Shown here in pieces: positions 1 to 10,399 of a stretch of 64,000 nucleotides of DNA. Numbering within the stretch: position 1 is the stretch's first letter; each line of letters starts with the position of its first letter. The position numbers and the translations under genes are program-made. Under the pieces are notes generated by a model that saw only the letters and a program-made list of their open reading frames with translations, made no database searches and had not been told where the DNA came from. This stretch comes from a virus, in the IMG/VR virus record IMGVR_UViG_3300047564_002155, positions 1 through 64,000 of that record; one strand, given 5' to 3'.

Positions 1-133
1 TACAACGAAACCTTTAACGATAACGAGAAATGAAAGAACAAAATGTGCCGCTACTTATCTTTCTCAAAAAGAAACTCCAATCTATTTTTGGAACAAGCTC
101 TTGGTGGTGGTTTAACTGGTAAATAAAAAAGAA

Positions 134-319
134 ATGAAAAGACTAATCACCGCTCTGACACTTATTGTAAGTACATCCGCTTGTACCCAATACAATGAAA
201 CATCTGAACCAATTGGGGTTGATACCAATACCGTAGAATTTTTAGATTCAAGTACATTGGAAGGTAACTTTGATGATGACTCGTTTGGTGAAGATACCAC
301 CTTATTTAAAAGCAAATAA
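134..319 (+). CDS. small putative lipoprotein
   Basis: MKR + hydrophobic stretch + TSA-C lipobox-like Cys17; acidic tail. Confidence 0.6.
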   Translation: MKRLITALTLIVSTSACTQYNETSEPIGVDTNTVEFLDSSTLEGNFDDDSFGEDTTLFKSK

Positions 320-320
320 A

Positions 321-623
321 ATGAACAAATTTGATATTAAAAAACTAAACGCTCTGATTGAGGTTGCGAAGTCGGATGGGATGTCCTACCGAATGTTTAA
401 ACTTAATGGTGTTTTCTATACTGTATCATATGTAGTAGACCAAACTCAACCTCAAGGTAAAGAGCGGGCTATCTTTATAAAGACTCGTAAGGGTACATCG
501 GAAGGACTAAATAAGTTTTATCTAAATCATACCTATGATTCTTCTTGGGATTCTATCTTTAAGGAGATGTATGATATCTACTTTAAAGAATATCAATCAC
601 GGCGTAATAACGATTTTCAATGA
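321..623 (+). CDS. hypothetical phage protein
   Basis: ORF track 270..623; ATG at 321 directly follows the upstream stop. Confidence 0.6.
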   Translation: MNKFDIKKLNALIEVAKSDGMSYRMFKLNGVFYTVSYVVDQTQPQGKERAIFIKTRKGTSEGLNKFYLNHTYDSSWDSIFKEMYDIYFKEYQSRRNNDFQ

Positions 624-696
624 AAATTTTTTTAATATCACTTATAGTTATCACCATCGGATTCGTGGTATGGGTAATCAAGAAAATGGATGACCT

Positions 697-1152
697 ATGA
701 ATTGGACTGAATATTTTAGGGGGATTGCACACCAAGTAAAATTAAAGTCAAAAGACATCCGAACTCAAATCGGTGCGGTGGTGGTTGGTAAGGACAACGA
801 AATCCTATCCACGGGCTACAATTCATTTCCACGAGGGATTAACGATGAGTTGGATTGGAGACAGGAACGACCCGAGAAATATTATTGGTTTGAGCACGCA
901 GAACGCAACGCAATCTACAACGCAGCACGAATTGGTGTATCGCTAAAAGATTCTACTATGTATCTTACTTGTGGTATATCGTGTTCGGATTGTACTCGTG
1001 GAATCATCAATTCAGGAATCAAAAGGGTTTACCTTGAAAAGGGTGGTGGTGCTCAAGGAGTGTTGTGGGATGAACACGAAAAGAGGTCAGTTGAAATGTT
1101 TAAAGAAGCCGGAGTGGAGATTGTATTTTACGATGAGATTTGTAAAAAGTAA
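697..1152 (+). CDS. dCMP deaminase (ComEB/CMP-dCMP deaminase family)
   Basis: GAVVV, TGYN, HAERNAI and CSDC zinc motifs. Confidence 0.92.
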   Translation: MNWTEYFRGIAHQVKLKSKDIRTQIGAVVVGKDNEILSTGYNSFPRGINDELDWRQERPEKYYWFEHAERNAIYNAARIGVSLKDSTMYLTCGISCSDCTRGIINSGIKRVYLEKGGGAQGVLWDEHEKRSVEMFKEAGVEIVFYDEICKK

Positions 1153-1203
1153 ATACTATTTATTAGGGTAGATATTTACAAACAATTTTTAAAAAGGAAA
1201 CAT

Positions 1204-1803
1204 ATGGCAATTTCAGACCAATTTAAGGGACTTCCAATTGAAGACCTTATCGTGCAACCATTAGTTGGAATGGCCAAAGGTCAAGCCCAACTAAATGATG
1301 TTACTTGGAGATACATCTCTGAAGTAGCATTTGAAAAAGATGAGAAAACTGGTAAGTCTTCAACAAGATTTCTTGATGTTCAGTTAAATCGTTATGTAAC
1401 TAATCCTGATTCAGGAGAACAAGAGTTACAACAAATCAACTCAATGGTTCCGATGTTACCATTAGTACCACTACCAGCATTAGCTATCACATCTGCTGAT
1501 GTTGAGTTCACTATGGAGATTCAACAATCTTCTACTGAAAAAGACACATCAAGTTCAGAAGCATCTTTTGCTGCATCTGCTCAAGGTGGTTTCTGGGGTA
1601 TGAAATACAAGGCGTCTATGTCTGGTAAAGTTGCAACCTCAAGAGAAAATACTCGTTCAACTGACAATTCTGCGAAATACAATGTAAAAGTACACGCTGA
1701 ACAATTACCTGCTACTGAAGGTATGTTGAAATTGTCTGATATGTTGAATATGATGATGGAACCAAGCATTGTTGCACAAGCGGACAATAACAACGCTAAC
1801 TAA
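1204..1803 (+). CDS. DUF2589-like protein (long form with Ser/Thr-rich beta-hairpin)
   Basis: FKGLPIEDLIVQPL...AQ, VPMLPLVPLPALAI..ADVEFTMEI, RSTDNSAKYNVKVHAEQLP..EG pattern recognised as DUF2589. Confidence 0.8.
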   Translation: MAISDQFKGLPIEDLIVQPLVGMAKGQAQLNDVTWRYISEVAFEKDEKTGKSSTRFLDVQLNRYVTNPDSGEQELQQINSMVPMLPLVPLPALAITSADVEFTMEIQQSSTEKDTSSSEASFAASAQGGFWGMKYKASMSGKVATSRENTRSTDNSAKYNVKVHAEQLPATEGMLKLSDMLNMMMEPSIVAQADNNNAN

Positions 1804-1806
1804 TAA

Positions 1807-1838
1807 TTTGGATATATAAAATATTTTTTGTATATTTG
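1807..1838 (+). promoter_or_regulatory. Bacteroidota sigma-A-type promoter (-33 TTTG / -7 TATATTTG)
   Basis: TTTG-N20-TATATTTG upstream of ORF 1860. Confidence 0.75.
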
Positions 1839-1859
1839 TTTATTAAAAAGTTACGCTAA

Positions 1860-2351
1860 ATGGCAAAAGTCAATTTAGAGGAACTATTGGGTGGTCTCCA
1901 AGAGGCCGCCCAAGTAGTTCTCTCAATACAAGAACGACAACACATCAATACGTTGTCAAAGTATTTTGATGAGGATGGAACTCCCATCACCCAAATTTTT
2001 AAAATTGGCGATTCGGAAGTGGCAGTTCCACTTTATATCCTAGCAGACCATTCTTCAGTAGGATTAGATGAATTAGACATTGAATTTCAAGCAAGATTAT
2101 TGCCGGGTGGAGAAACTCCATCAGAACTCAAAAAAAACTTATTACCTATTTTTGAAAGACAAAAACAAAAAGGTAATGCGCAATATAAACATCAGATTTC
2201 AAACATATCCGTTGATGGTGATACTCCCAACAAAGATGGTGTAGCAACTATTAAAATTAAATTTAAAAAAGATAACAAGCCCGAAGCGGTATCACGCTTG
2301 GTAGATATGTTGATTAATCAAATGAATGACCCAAATCACAAATTGAAATGA
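1860..2351 (+). CDS. DUF2589-like protein (short paralog)
   Basis: LEELLGGLQEAA..QHI..L..YFD, VPLYILA, LDELDIEF, IKIKFK...PEAVSRL; same layout as upstream gene. Confidence 0.7.
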   Translation: MAKVNLEELLGGLQEAAQVVLSIQERQHINTLSKYFDEDGTPITQIFKIGDSEVAVPLYILADHSSVGLDELDIEFQARLLPGGETPSELKKNLLPIFERQKQKGNAQYKHQISNISVDGDTPNKDGVATIKIKFKKDNKPEAVSRLVDMLINQMNDPNHKLK

Positions 2352-2623
2352 TACCTGAATTAGAATTACCAAATTCAAAAAAGAAAAAAGAAGAACCACA
2401 AAAAATGAAAAACATTTCACCAGACCAACATAGAAAAAGGTTAGGTATTTTCATAACCTCTATTTTTGCATTCACTTTAGGATTTATTTTCTTTGAGTTA
2501 CAACAAGAACAAAAGCTTGATGGTGAGTGGAAAGAACTAATTCTTGTTTTAATTGGCGCCCTTATTGGTAATTTTGGAAAAGTGGTTGATTTTTGGTTTC
2601 ATCACAAACAAGACCAAGAATAA
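2348..2623 (+). CDS. small two-TM membrane protein (holin-like)
   Basis: two hydrophobic segments (LGIFITSIFAFTLGFIFF; LILVLIGALIGNFGKVVDFWF). Confidence 0.6.
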   Translation: MIPELELPNSKKKKEEPQKMKNISPDQHRKRLGIFITSIFAFTLGFIFFELQQEQKLDGEWKELILVLIGALIGNFGKVVDFWFHHKQDQE

Positions 2624-2835
2624 TGCCGCTACCTTGTCCAGGATGTAGACAACCCCTTGGAATGGACCTTGACTTTATTGTAAAAAATCCTATATCAGTA
2701 TGTCCACATTGTGGGGTGATTATGAATTTTACTGCTGATAATAACGTAGTAGCTGATTATAGAAGAGCATTGTCTGATATTGAATCTATCAAAACAAAGT
2801 ACAAAGACATAGCTAAATTTGGTGCAAAAACTTAA
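2623..2835 (+). CDS. zinc-ribbon protein
   Basis: CPGC...CPHC; ATG overlaps upstream TAA. Confidence 0.7.
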   Translation: MPLPCPGCRQPLGMDLDFIVKNPISVCPHCGVIMNFTADNNVVADYRRALSDIESIKTKYKDIAKFGAKT

Positions 2836-2887
2836 CAATTTCTTAACATTGAGGGCTTGACACAAGTCCTCTTTTTTATTATCTTTA
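2832..2887 (+). promoter_or_regulatory. TTAACA-N5-TTAACA box + terminator hairpin overlapping a TTG...TATCTTTA promoter
   Basis: direct repeat at 2832/2843; GAGGGCTT/AAGTCCTC stem + T-run; TTG 2857, TATCTTTA 2880. Confidence 0.7.
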
Positions 2888-2901
2888 CTATGTAATAAGA
2901 A

Positions 2902-3153
2902 ATGAGTGTTATGAGAAAGTTACTAAAAATCCAAAAGTCTAACAAGGTCATCAACGGAATGAATTGTTTTGAACTCCTTGAGGCGGGAAAAGTTGTGGGG
3001 ACTTTTGTCTCTGAAGAAAAAGCCAGAATCGCCTTGGGTAAGCGTAGGTTCTACAACCACGGTGAAAAATCCGCAGCAATAGGTGGGTTTGCTCCTGATG
3101 TGTTGATGATGCACAAAATTATGGGCGGTTTTTCTGAAATTGATGGAATCTAA
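2902..3153 (+). CDS. hypothetical protein
   Basis: ORF directly downstream of promoter. Confidence 0.6.
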   Translation: MSVMRKLLKIQKSNKVINGMNCFELLEAGKVVGTFVSEEKARIALGKRRFYNHGEKSAAIGGFAPDVLMMHKIMGGFSEIDGI

Positions 3154-3167
3154 TAAATAAAAAAGTT

Positions 3168-3386
3168 ATGACCGAAAAAGAAATACTAATTGAGTTGCTT
3201 AAGTTTAATGAACTACAACTCAAATTGCTAGCAGAGCAAATCAACGATACGGATGTTATAATAAGTGAAAACACTGTTGATTTCCTTAATCGGATTTCTT
3301 TGTTAGCTTCCAACATTTCAGAAGAATTGATGGAAGTACATAAAGTAAGTAATGATGAGTTAATTGAAATATTAGAAAAGTTATGA
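3168..3386 (+). CDS. hypothetical protein
   Basis: ORF, translationally coupled to next gene. Confidence 0.55.
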   Translation: MTEKEILIELLKFNELQLKLLAEQINDTDVIISENTVDFLNRISLLASNISEELMEVHKVSNDELIEILEKL

Positions 3387-3688
3387 AAAAAGTTATTAGA
3401 GATGGTATGGTAGGTGTATTGGTATCACCTGGTTTTGGTGGTGGGTTCTCAACTTGGGGTTACCCAACTGAAGCAATCTTTGACCCACACCTAATTTATT
3501 TGGTAGAAACCCGAAAGGAAGATGAGATACTTGAATACTGCGAAACCAAGTGGCCAGACCAATACTCTGGTGGTGTTGAAGATTTGGTAGTACGATGGAT
3601 ACCTGAAGGTTCGGAGTTTGTTATTGAAGAATACGATGGGGCTGAATCGTTGATGTTGAAAGAAGAGTATAATTGGATAACCGCATAA
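3383..3688 (+). CDS. conserved phage hypothetical protein
   Basis: VLVSPGFGGGFSTW...F.IEEYDGAE pattern seen in large-phage proteins. Confidence 0.7.
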   Translation: MKKVIRDGMVGVLVSPGFGGGFSTWGYPTEAIFDPHLIYLVETRKEDEILEYCETKWPDQYSGGVEDLVVRWIPEGSEFVIEEYDGAESLMLKEEYNWITA

Positions 3689-3692
3689 AGTT

Positions 3693-4016
3693 ATGAAAAA
3701 TTTTATTAATAAGAAAGTATTAGTTACTACACAAGGTTGGTTCTATGGTAAGGATGGAAGGTCATATAAGGGGGTTCACGGAACCCTAAAGGCCATTCAC
3801 GAAGCTGGTAAAACACTTGGGTTTATACCTAACCGAGCACACGCTAACTGGTTTATAGAAATAGGTGAAATGGTAATTATGGGATGTCAAGTAATGTATA
3901 TTGTTGAATGTGAAACCATACATACTGGTAATGTTACCGATTGGACAACCGAAGGTCAAAGTGAAACTGGTATAAAGGAATATGAACGCCCAACAGCTAT
4001 TTATATGGTATCCTAA
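3693..4016 (+). CDS. hypothetical protein
   Basis: ORF track. Confidence 0.6.
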   Translation: MKNFINKKVLVTTQGWFYGKDGRSYKGVHGTLKAIHEAGKTLGFIPNRAHANWFIEIGEMVIMGCQVMYIVECETIHTGNVTDWTTEGQSETGIKEYERPTAIYMVS

Positions 4017-4048
4017 AAATTACAACCAACCAACACAAATAAAAAGTT

Positions 4049-4675
4049 ATGAACAAGAATAGTAAATTTTTTACTCCTCCTCCTAAACCAACTCTTAAAG
4101 AGAGATTGGAGGATTTGAAGTACACCATCCTATTTTGGAAAGGTCGTAAGATGAAGTATATCACCACTCGTAATTTGGAATGGAGTGATATTCGTTATAT
4201 CTTCTTTCCATCCAAATTGGACAAGTATGGATACCTAAACATCACATTCTATAAGGATAATGAATTTACTAAAGCACTTATGCCGCTGGTATTAGCAATG
4301 GATTACGAAGCAAAACCTTGGTGGTGTCCTCGTTGGTTCCTACGATTCCTTCACGTTTTCGGAAACGATAAATCATTGGTTAGGGTTCGTAATCGTAGAC
4401 TACACAACCTACACCGAAAACTTACCAAAGGTATCTTATTTTGGGATTGGAAAACAAAGTGGTATGACTATGATTTGAGAATCTCCATTTCAGGTCCCGC
4501 ACACTTACACAATCTAGCAAGTTGGATTGAGAATGGATTTTACAAAAAAGGATATCAGAACGAACTGATTCAAAAAATCAAAAAGATTGACCCCAACGCT
4601 AGTACAAATATTATTAGTATAGACTATTTAGAGAAACAATTAAAGGAGTTAGAAAATGGTAAAGCGGAAGAGTAA
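4049..4675 (+). CDS. hypothetical protein
   Basis: ORF track. Confidence 0.6.
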   Translation: MNKNSKFFTPPPKPTLKERLEDLKYTILFWKGRKMKYITTRNLEWSDIRYIFFPSKLDKYGYLNITFYKDNEFTKALMPLVLAMDYEAKPWWCPRWFLRFLHVFGNDKSLVRVRNRRLHNLHRKLTKGILFWDWKTKWYDYDLRISISGPAHLHNLASWIENGFYKKGYQNELIQKIKKIDPNASTNIISIDYLEKQLKELENGKAEE

Positions 4676-4943
4676 ACAAGAAAAGCACGCAGAGTTTATG
4701 CAAGATGTAATCAACAAAATGTTTGAGATTGCAGGACACGAAGTAACTTACGATGACATCAAAGATAGAAAAGATGATTGGTTCACTCAATGGACTATGA
4801 CTGAAGCTCAGAATGATGAGTGGCAAGAATGGGGTATTGAAGAAATCCGTAAACGATTCCGATACAATAAGGAATGGGCTAAAAAAGAAATGGGTATGAT
4901 TTCCCTAATGTGGGGATTAAAATTTAGTGATTTTAAAATCTAA
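4656..4943 (+). CDS. hypothetical protein
   Basis: ORF track. Confidence 0.6.
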   Translation: MVKRKSKQEKHAEFMQDVINKMFEIAGHEVTYDDIKDRKDDWFTQWTMTEAQNDEWQEWGIEEIRKRFRYNKEWAKKEMGMISLMWGLKFSDFKI

Positions 4944-5023
4944 TAAAATGGTATTTGGTATTATAGTTGTAGTCTTATTATGGGCTATCCTAAAACAACT
5001 ACAACGAAACGAAAAACGCTGAT

Positions 5024-5779
5024 ATGAAAACTTTATTATTGGGAGATACCCACGGAAGAACTTATTGGAAAGACATCATCAAAAAAGAAACACCTGATAG
5101 GGTTATTTTTATTGGTGATTACTTTGACTCATTCAATATTCCTGCGGTATCCCAAATCCAAAACTTTAAGGATATTATTGAATTCAAAGAAAATACTGAC
5201 ATTGAGGTAGTAATGTTGATTGGAAACCACGACCATCACTATTTGAGTGATGAAACTTATAGTGGATTTCAACCCGCAGCAAAATGGGATATCAACGACC
5301 TACTTACTAAAAATATGAATCACCTTCAAGTTGGATATTCATTTGATGATATCTTATGTACTCACGCTGGGGTAAGTCCTGTTTGGATGGATGATATGTT
5401 TGGCTGGAATGGTTGGAGTTCAGATAATTTAGTCCAACTAATCAACGACCTATACAAATACAAACCACGAAGCTTTAACTTTTCTCATATGGGATACGAC
5501 CCATATGGAAACCATCCATCACAAGGACCTATGTGGATTAGACCGGCTGCGTTGATGAAATCAAACAAAGGTGACAATGGATTAAAGAAAAAGTTTATTC
5601 AAGTGGTTGGTCACACCCAAGTGAATAGTATCTTTGATTCAGTCACCGCATACGAAAAATCAATGGGTAGTAGATACTTACTGATTGACGCATTGGACAG
5701 TGGTGGATATGTATATCACATTGATGGAAAATTCTATCCAGATGTAATACCCTTGGTAGAAAAAAATAATAAAATTTGA
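5024..5779 (+). CDS. calcineurin-like metallophosphoesterase
   Basis: GDTHG, GDYFD, GNHD, THAG, GHT motifs. Confidence 0.9.
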   Translation: MKTLLLGDTHGRTYWKDIIKKETPDRVIFIGDYFDSFNIPAVSQIQNFKDIIEFKENTDIEVVMLIGNHDHHYLSDETYSGFQPAAKWDINDLLTKNMNHLQVGYSFDDILCTHAGVSPVWMDDMFGWNGWSSDNLVQLINDLYKYKPRSFNFSHMGYDPYGNHPSQGPMWIRPAALMKSNKGDNGLKKKFIQVVGHTQVNSIFDSVTAYEKSMGSRYLLIDALDSGGYVYHIDGKFYPDVIPLVEKNNKI

Positions 5780-6628
5780 TATGAAGGCTTGTTTTAATGA
5801 AAAAAAATTCGTATATTAGAACTATGAAAATTAAACACATCCAATTTGAGCGATTCAACCAATGGGGTCAAATGTACCCTCTACCTACAATTCGTGTTAC
5901 CCACACACTAAAATTGTACGGATGGTACACCATTGAGTTTATTTGGTTTAATAGGGGATTATCTATAAATATTTTTGTATAAGCTATGGAAGAAATCAAA
6001 GAAATGCTAATGAAAATCTCCGACCAATTAGAACGGATGGTTGGAGTATTGGAACGTGCTGAAGAAAAGACAAACAAACCTACCAAGTGGGTTAAAGTTA
6101 AAGATGTTCCAAAAGAATTGTTAACTGACGCAGGAAGAGACCCACGATGAAAACGCCAAAATACAAAATCCTAAAATATCAAGAAACCCAAAGTGGTACG
6201 ATAGTAGGACATTATGTAAATGATTCCGAAGGAATTGCAGTAGAATGGTCTAATAAGGAAGATGCAGAGAGAGTTGCAGAACTATTCCAAACAAATTCCG
6301 TTCACGGATACCTTTATAGGGTTATGGAAATCTGAATGGTTAGCACCTGCTGACATTTAAAAAAATTGATTATGAATAAAATCTCCGAATCCCACCTCCG
6401 CTCATTAGGTTTTCAGAAAGAAGTAGTTCCTATTGATGAAAGTGGTTATGAAAAAGACTTTTACTACTATTCAGTAGATATAAACCATCTTACTCTGATT
6501 ACTGAAGCAGATGATGAAATCGTAGACAATCAATGGTCAGTCAGTATTATGGAAAGTGGATTAGAAAAAATCTACGACTTGGATGATTTGACACGATTGT
6601 TACATCTACTAAAAAAATACGAAGTAAA

Positions 6629-6877
6629 ATGATATTTGTAGATGGATACGATTCTGCAATCCTTGGAATGGATACGGAATACCAAAGAGTTGTATACTCT
6701 AAATCAAAAATGGTTGATGTTTTAATTGGGGATGGGTTATCTGAATCCGATGCATTAGAATGGTTAGAATACAACGTATGGAATACTTATGTAGGAGAAC
6801 ATACGCCAATCTTTTTACACGAGTTGACAAAAGAAGATATCCAAGAATGGGTTGATAGAGATGAAGAAATTCTTTAA
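6629..6877 (+). CDS. conserved phage hypothetical protein
   Basis: DGYDSAILG..RVVYS..ALEWLEYN..YVGEHTPIF pattern. Confidence 0.65.
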   Translation: MIFVDGYDSAILGMDTEYQRVVYSKSKMVDVLIGDGLSESDALEWLEYNVWNTYVGEHTPIFLHELTKEDIQEWVDRDEEIL

Positions 6878-7049
6878 GTACCTTATGTGGTTGGAAGGAG
6901 AACGAATCAAGATTATGATTCATTGTGGTAGACCAACCTCTATCTAACCCCCTCCAAGCTATCAAGCGATAAAGCAGACAGGCACCACGGGCAAACGGGC
7001 GGAATGGCAAATTCCTTTACACACCAAAAAATTTTTAAAGTTATACACG

Positions 7050-7961
7050 ATGATTACAAACGGAATTTCGGGACCTTCAACGAAAGCAATCACATACAAA
7101 GAGAAGAGTGTTTTAGAAAAAGAGTTGGATTTTATCAAAACCCAATATGGGGAGTTTATTTATGATATTCCCCTACCTGAAGGTATTTGGACAAATGGGG
7201 CGTTAGACATCCCCCATACACGATTGAAGCGAATCTTACAAGTGGTGTCTGATTTATCTAAAAAACCTCTGAACAAAATTCGTGTTTTGGATTTGGGTTC
7301 TTTAGATGGTCAATTCTCTTTAGAGTTTGCGTATCACCAATCCGATGTCGTTGGGGTTGAAGTCCGACACGCAAATGTAATGAAGTCTGAATTTTGTAAA
7401 CGAACTTTGGAACTTCGTAATGTAACTTTCTTGGAAGAAGACGCAAGAAGTATTTCTTTGGAACAACACGGAAGGTTTGATGTTATTATTTGTAGTGGGT
7501 TATTGTATCACTTAACCGCAACTGACGCAATTGAGTTGATAAAGAAAATGTATCAGATGACCGAAAACCTATTGGTGTTGGATACACATATTAGTCTACA
7601 ACCCCAATTAGAATTTCCATATGAGGGAAGTTCATACTTTGGTAATCTACACAAAGAACACGGAGAAGATGAATCACAAGATATCAAGGAAACGCGAATT
7701 CTTGCGTCTTGGGACAACCCACATAGTTTTTGGTTTACACGACCCTCGTTAGTAAACATTCTAAACAAAACAGGGTTTACATCCATCTACGAAGCGTTCA
7801 CGCCCGCACATAAAAATTACGGAAATGATGGGTTTGAACACGAAGACCGATGTACATTTGTAGCTGTAAAAGGTAATGAACAACACCTATTTACATCACC
7901 ATCCGCAAATAATACGAATGAATTTTTTGATGAATCACAACTACAATATAAACTTAAATGA
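7050..7961 (+). CDS. class I SAM-dependent methyltransferase
   Basis: RVLDLGSLDGQFS, VVGVE, FDVIICSGLLYHL. Confidence 0.88.
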   Translation: MITNGISGPSTKAITYKEKSVLEKELDFIKTQYGEFIYDIPLPEGIWTNGALDIPHTRLKRILQVVSDLSKKPLNKIRVLDLGSLDGQFSLEFAYHQSDVVGVEVRHANVMKSEFCKRTLELRNVTFLEEDARSISLEQHGRFDVIICSGLLYHLTATDAIELIKKMYQMTENLLVLDTHISLQPQLEFPYEGSSYFGNLHKEHGEDESQDIKETRILASWDNPHSFWFTRPSLVNILNKTGFTSIYEAFTPAHKNYGNDGFEHEDRCTFVAVKGNEQHLFTSPSANNTNEFFDESQLQYKLK

Positions 7962-8299
7962 AACCTCTATTTGAATTAGGCGATTATGTAGTTCCCATCG
8001 GAACAAAAAGTGTAAAAACTATTCACGAAATTGAGTTCTATAAAGAGTTTAAAGACTATGTATATTATACAACCGATGGTCTATCATTTGGTGGAAATCA
8101 GTTGGAACCAATGGAACTCGTTTATGAAAGGGAATACAAAATGACCTGTGAAGCTCAGATTGAAGAAATCTTAATGGAATCACATTCATATGGATTAAGA
8201 CAAGAAGTTATGGAAACTGCAAAAGAGCTTATGAGTAGTGACCATAAAATTGATAGGTTAACTGCATACGAACTTGCGTATCGGGAATGGATTAAATAA
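7958..8299 (+). CDS. hypothetical protein
   Basis: ORF track, coupled start. Confidence 0.6.
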   Translation: MKPLFELGDYVVPIGTKSVKTIHEIEFYKEFKDYVYYTTDGLSFGGNQLEPMELVYEREYKMTCEAQIEEILMESHSYGLRQEVMETAKELMSSDHKIDRLTAYELAYREWIK

Positions 8300-8473
8300 T
8301 TTATTTATGTATTGTTTTTATTATATCAAGAACGACCAAAAAAAAGAACCACTTGGAAAGGTGGTATCTACATCAAGACTCAAAGCAGCACAATCATTTG
8401 CTGAAAGAAAACAACTACCACTAAAAGACTTTTTAAAATTATTTTCGGTAGAAAAGAAAAACCCATTTTTGTT

Positions 8474-9088
8474 ATGAAATATAAATTATACCTTCGTGGT
8501 TGGGAACTCAATATGTCAGCCCACCAACTTACGCAAGAAGAAGTTGATACTATCCAAGATTTAATTGAAGATGGCGAGTATGAAGATGTTACTGACATTG
8601 GGTTTGAGTTAGAATATGATATCTTACCCAATTATGCGGTGTTTGATACCAATATGTGGAAAATCTCCTCAAAAGCAACTAATGAGTCTACCACGACACT
8701 TTATCTTGTTGATGAAAACGGAAATGACATATTTGAATGTTCATTAACCGACATTATGGATTCTTACGAAATGTTAGGTGATGATGATGGTCTTGGTGAG
8801 TATGAAGGTTTTAATGAAGGTCATACTATTGTAGGTGAAGACATCCCACACATCCTTGTATACCTTGAAGAAAACAAAGGGATTATTTGTCACTTTGAAT
8901 TTGAATCAGATACCCAACCAACTCCAAAAGATTTTTGTATTATAGCTGGTTCAGTTGAGACTGAAGATGGTGACCTTGATTTTGTAGATAAAGTTTGTTT
9001 TGGAAGACAAGTTCTTGAACCTAATTACGATGAAGAATCTCTTAATGGTAAAAATTTAGAGTTTAATATTTTATCTTACGAAGCGTGA
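8474..9088 (+). CDS. acidic hypothetical protein
   Basis: ORF track. Confidence 0.6.
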   Translation: MKYKLYLRGWELNMSAHQLTQEEVDTIQDLIEDGEYEDVTDIGFELEYDILPNYAVFDTNMWKISSKATNESTTTLYLVDENGNDIFECSLTDIMDSYEMLGDDDGLGEYEGFNEGHTIVGEDIPHILVYLEENKGIICHFEFESDTQPTPKDFCIIAGSVETEDGDLDFVDKVCFGRQVLEPNYDEESLNGKNLEFNILSYEA

Positions 9089-9762
9089 TTTTTGGAAGAG
9101 AACATATTACAAAAGAATCACTTGATATACTAAAACACATTACCCACGAAATTGATGGTGATATGTCTTACGACTACCCATTGGGTGATATTCAAAATAA
9201 AATTCTACACCATCACAATCACATACTCTATGATATCCGTAGTGTATTGGGTAGTGATGAAAAAGTATATCTTGAATTAGGAACTTATGCTGGTGGTTCA
9301 TCCGCTTTAGTAACATCCCACCCATATCCCACCAAGGCATATGGGATTGATATATGTGAACGATTTTACGAAGATACAGTTTATGATACTGTAAATCGGT
9401 TTGTAAAACCACATAACTCTTTTAAATTTTACGAGGGTAATTGTCAAGACAAAAACTTCATTCAAAAGCTAAAATCAGAAATACCAAAGGTTGATTTATT
9501 ATACATTGATGCGGGTCATTGGTTCTTTGATGTATTGTATGATTTTACAAACTTTGTTGACTTCGTAAACCCAGGCGGTTATATTGTATTTGATGATTAT
9601 GAAGATATTTGGTCATCAACCGAAGTTTGTTATGCTGTTGATTATTTGGTAGCTAACAAAATGAAGGATGGGTTTGAGATAGTAGGTTCATTACCAAATA
9701 TACAAAACGCAAGACCGGCGATTATGTTAAACTCAAATTTGTTTGTAGTAAAGAAATTATAA
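9085..9762 (+). CDS. class I SAM-dependent methyltransferase (Methyltransf_24-like)
   Basis: YLELGTYAGGS, VDLLYIDAGH, PGGYIVFDDY. Confidence 0.88.
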   Translation: MIFGREHITKESLDILKHITHEIDGDMSYDYPLGDIQNKILHHHNHILYDIRSVLGSDEKVYLELGTYAGGSSALVTSHPYPTKAYGIDICERFYEDTVYDTVNRFVKPHNSFKFYEGNCQDKNFIQKLKSEIPKVDLLYIDAGHWFFDVLYDFTNFVDFVNPGGYIVFDDYEDIWSSTEVCYAVDYLVANKMKDGFEIVGSLPNIQNARPAIMLNSNLFVVKKL

Positions 9763-9997
9763 TTCTTGTGTAATTCAAACTTATTTTGTATATTTGTAAA
9801 ATGATTAACGTAATATCACTATATCTGATTGTTGGATTCATCCATATGTTTTTGATTGGATTTGTCACAACAAGAATAAAAAAACTTGGCGGTGATATTG
9901 AATACACCCATTTGGAACGAATTATGGTTATTTTAGTATGGCCTGTATTTGGATTCTTTTTTTGGTATAACTTTTTTAGAACCTTACTTGGAAATAA

Positions 9998-10399
9998 GTG
10001 ATGGATTTATCTACCGAACAACAAATAGAATTATTGGGTCTGATGAAGCATTGGGTAGTTGCTACTCAAATTGATAAGACCAAAGAGGGAAACTATATGG
10101 TAGTTGTAAATGACTCATTTGAACAACACTCATTAGGAAACCCATATGATTTGGTGGAAATGATAGAGAATCTTCGTGGTGATTTATTTGCTAAAGATTT
10201 TATAGAATTTGAACGCAAGTTAAAAGACAAGATAAAAGTTAATGATAGTCGGTTTGTTAGGACACGATACATTTTGAATATGTTGTTTGAAGATATGGTA
10301 CGGCAAGTGAATGTTCGTAATCACCGAAAGGATACAAAATACAAGATGTTGTATTTGAACTTTGTTGATTTTCTTGAAAAATTACCAAAATCAAAATGA
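9998..10399 (+). CDS. hypothetical protein
   Basis: ORF track. Confidence 0.55.
   Translation: MMDLSTEQQIELLGLMKHWVVATQIDKTKEGNYMVVVNDSFEQHSLGNPYDLVEMIENLRGDLFAKDFIEFERKLKDKIKVNDSRFVRTRYILNMLFEDMVRQVNVRNHRKDTKYKMLYLNFVDFLEKLPKSK

Noticed and set aside
6955-7016. GC-rich spacer upstream of a SAM methyltransferase with SAM-I riboswitch-like words (CTATCAAG, GGCAAAC, AATTCC)
   Set aside because: Lacks the GAGGGA..GGCCC kink-turn/pseudoknot, the GGTGC P3 partner and the 3' GAT of P1; an Rfam search would settle it
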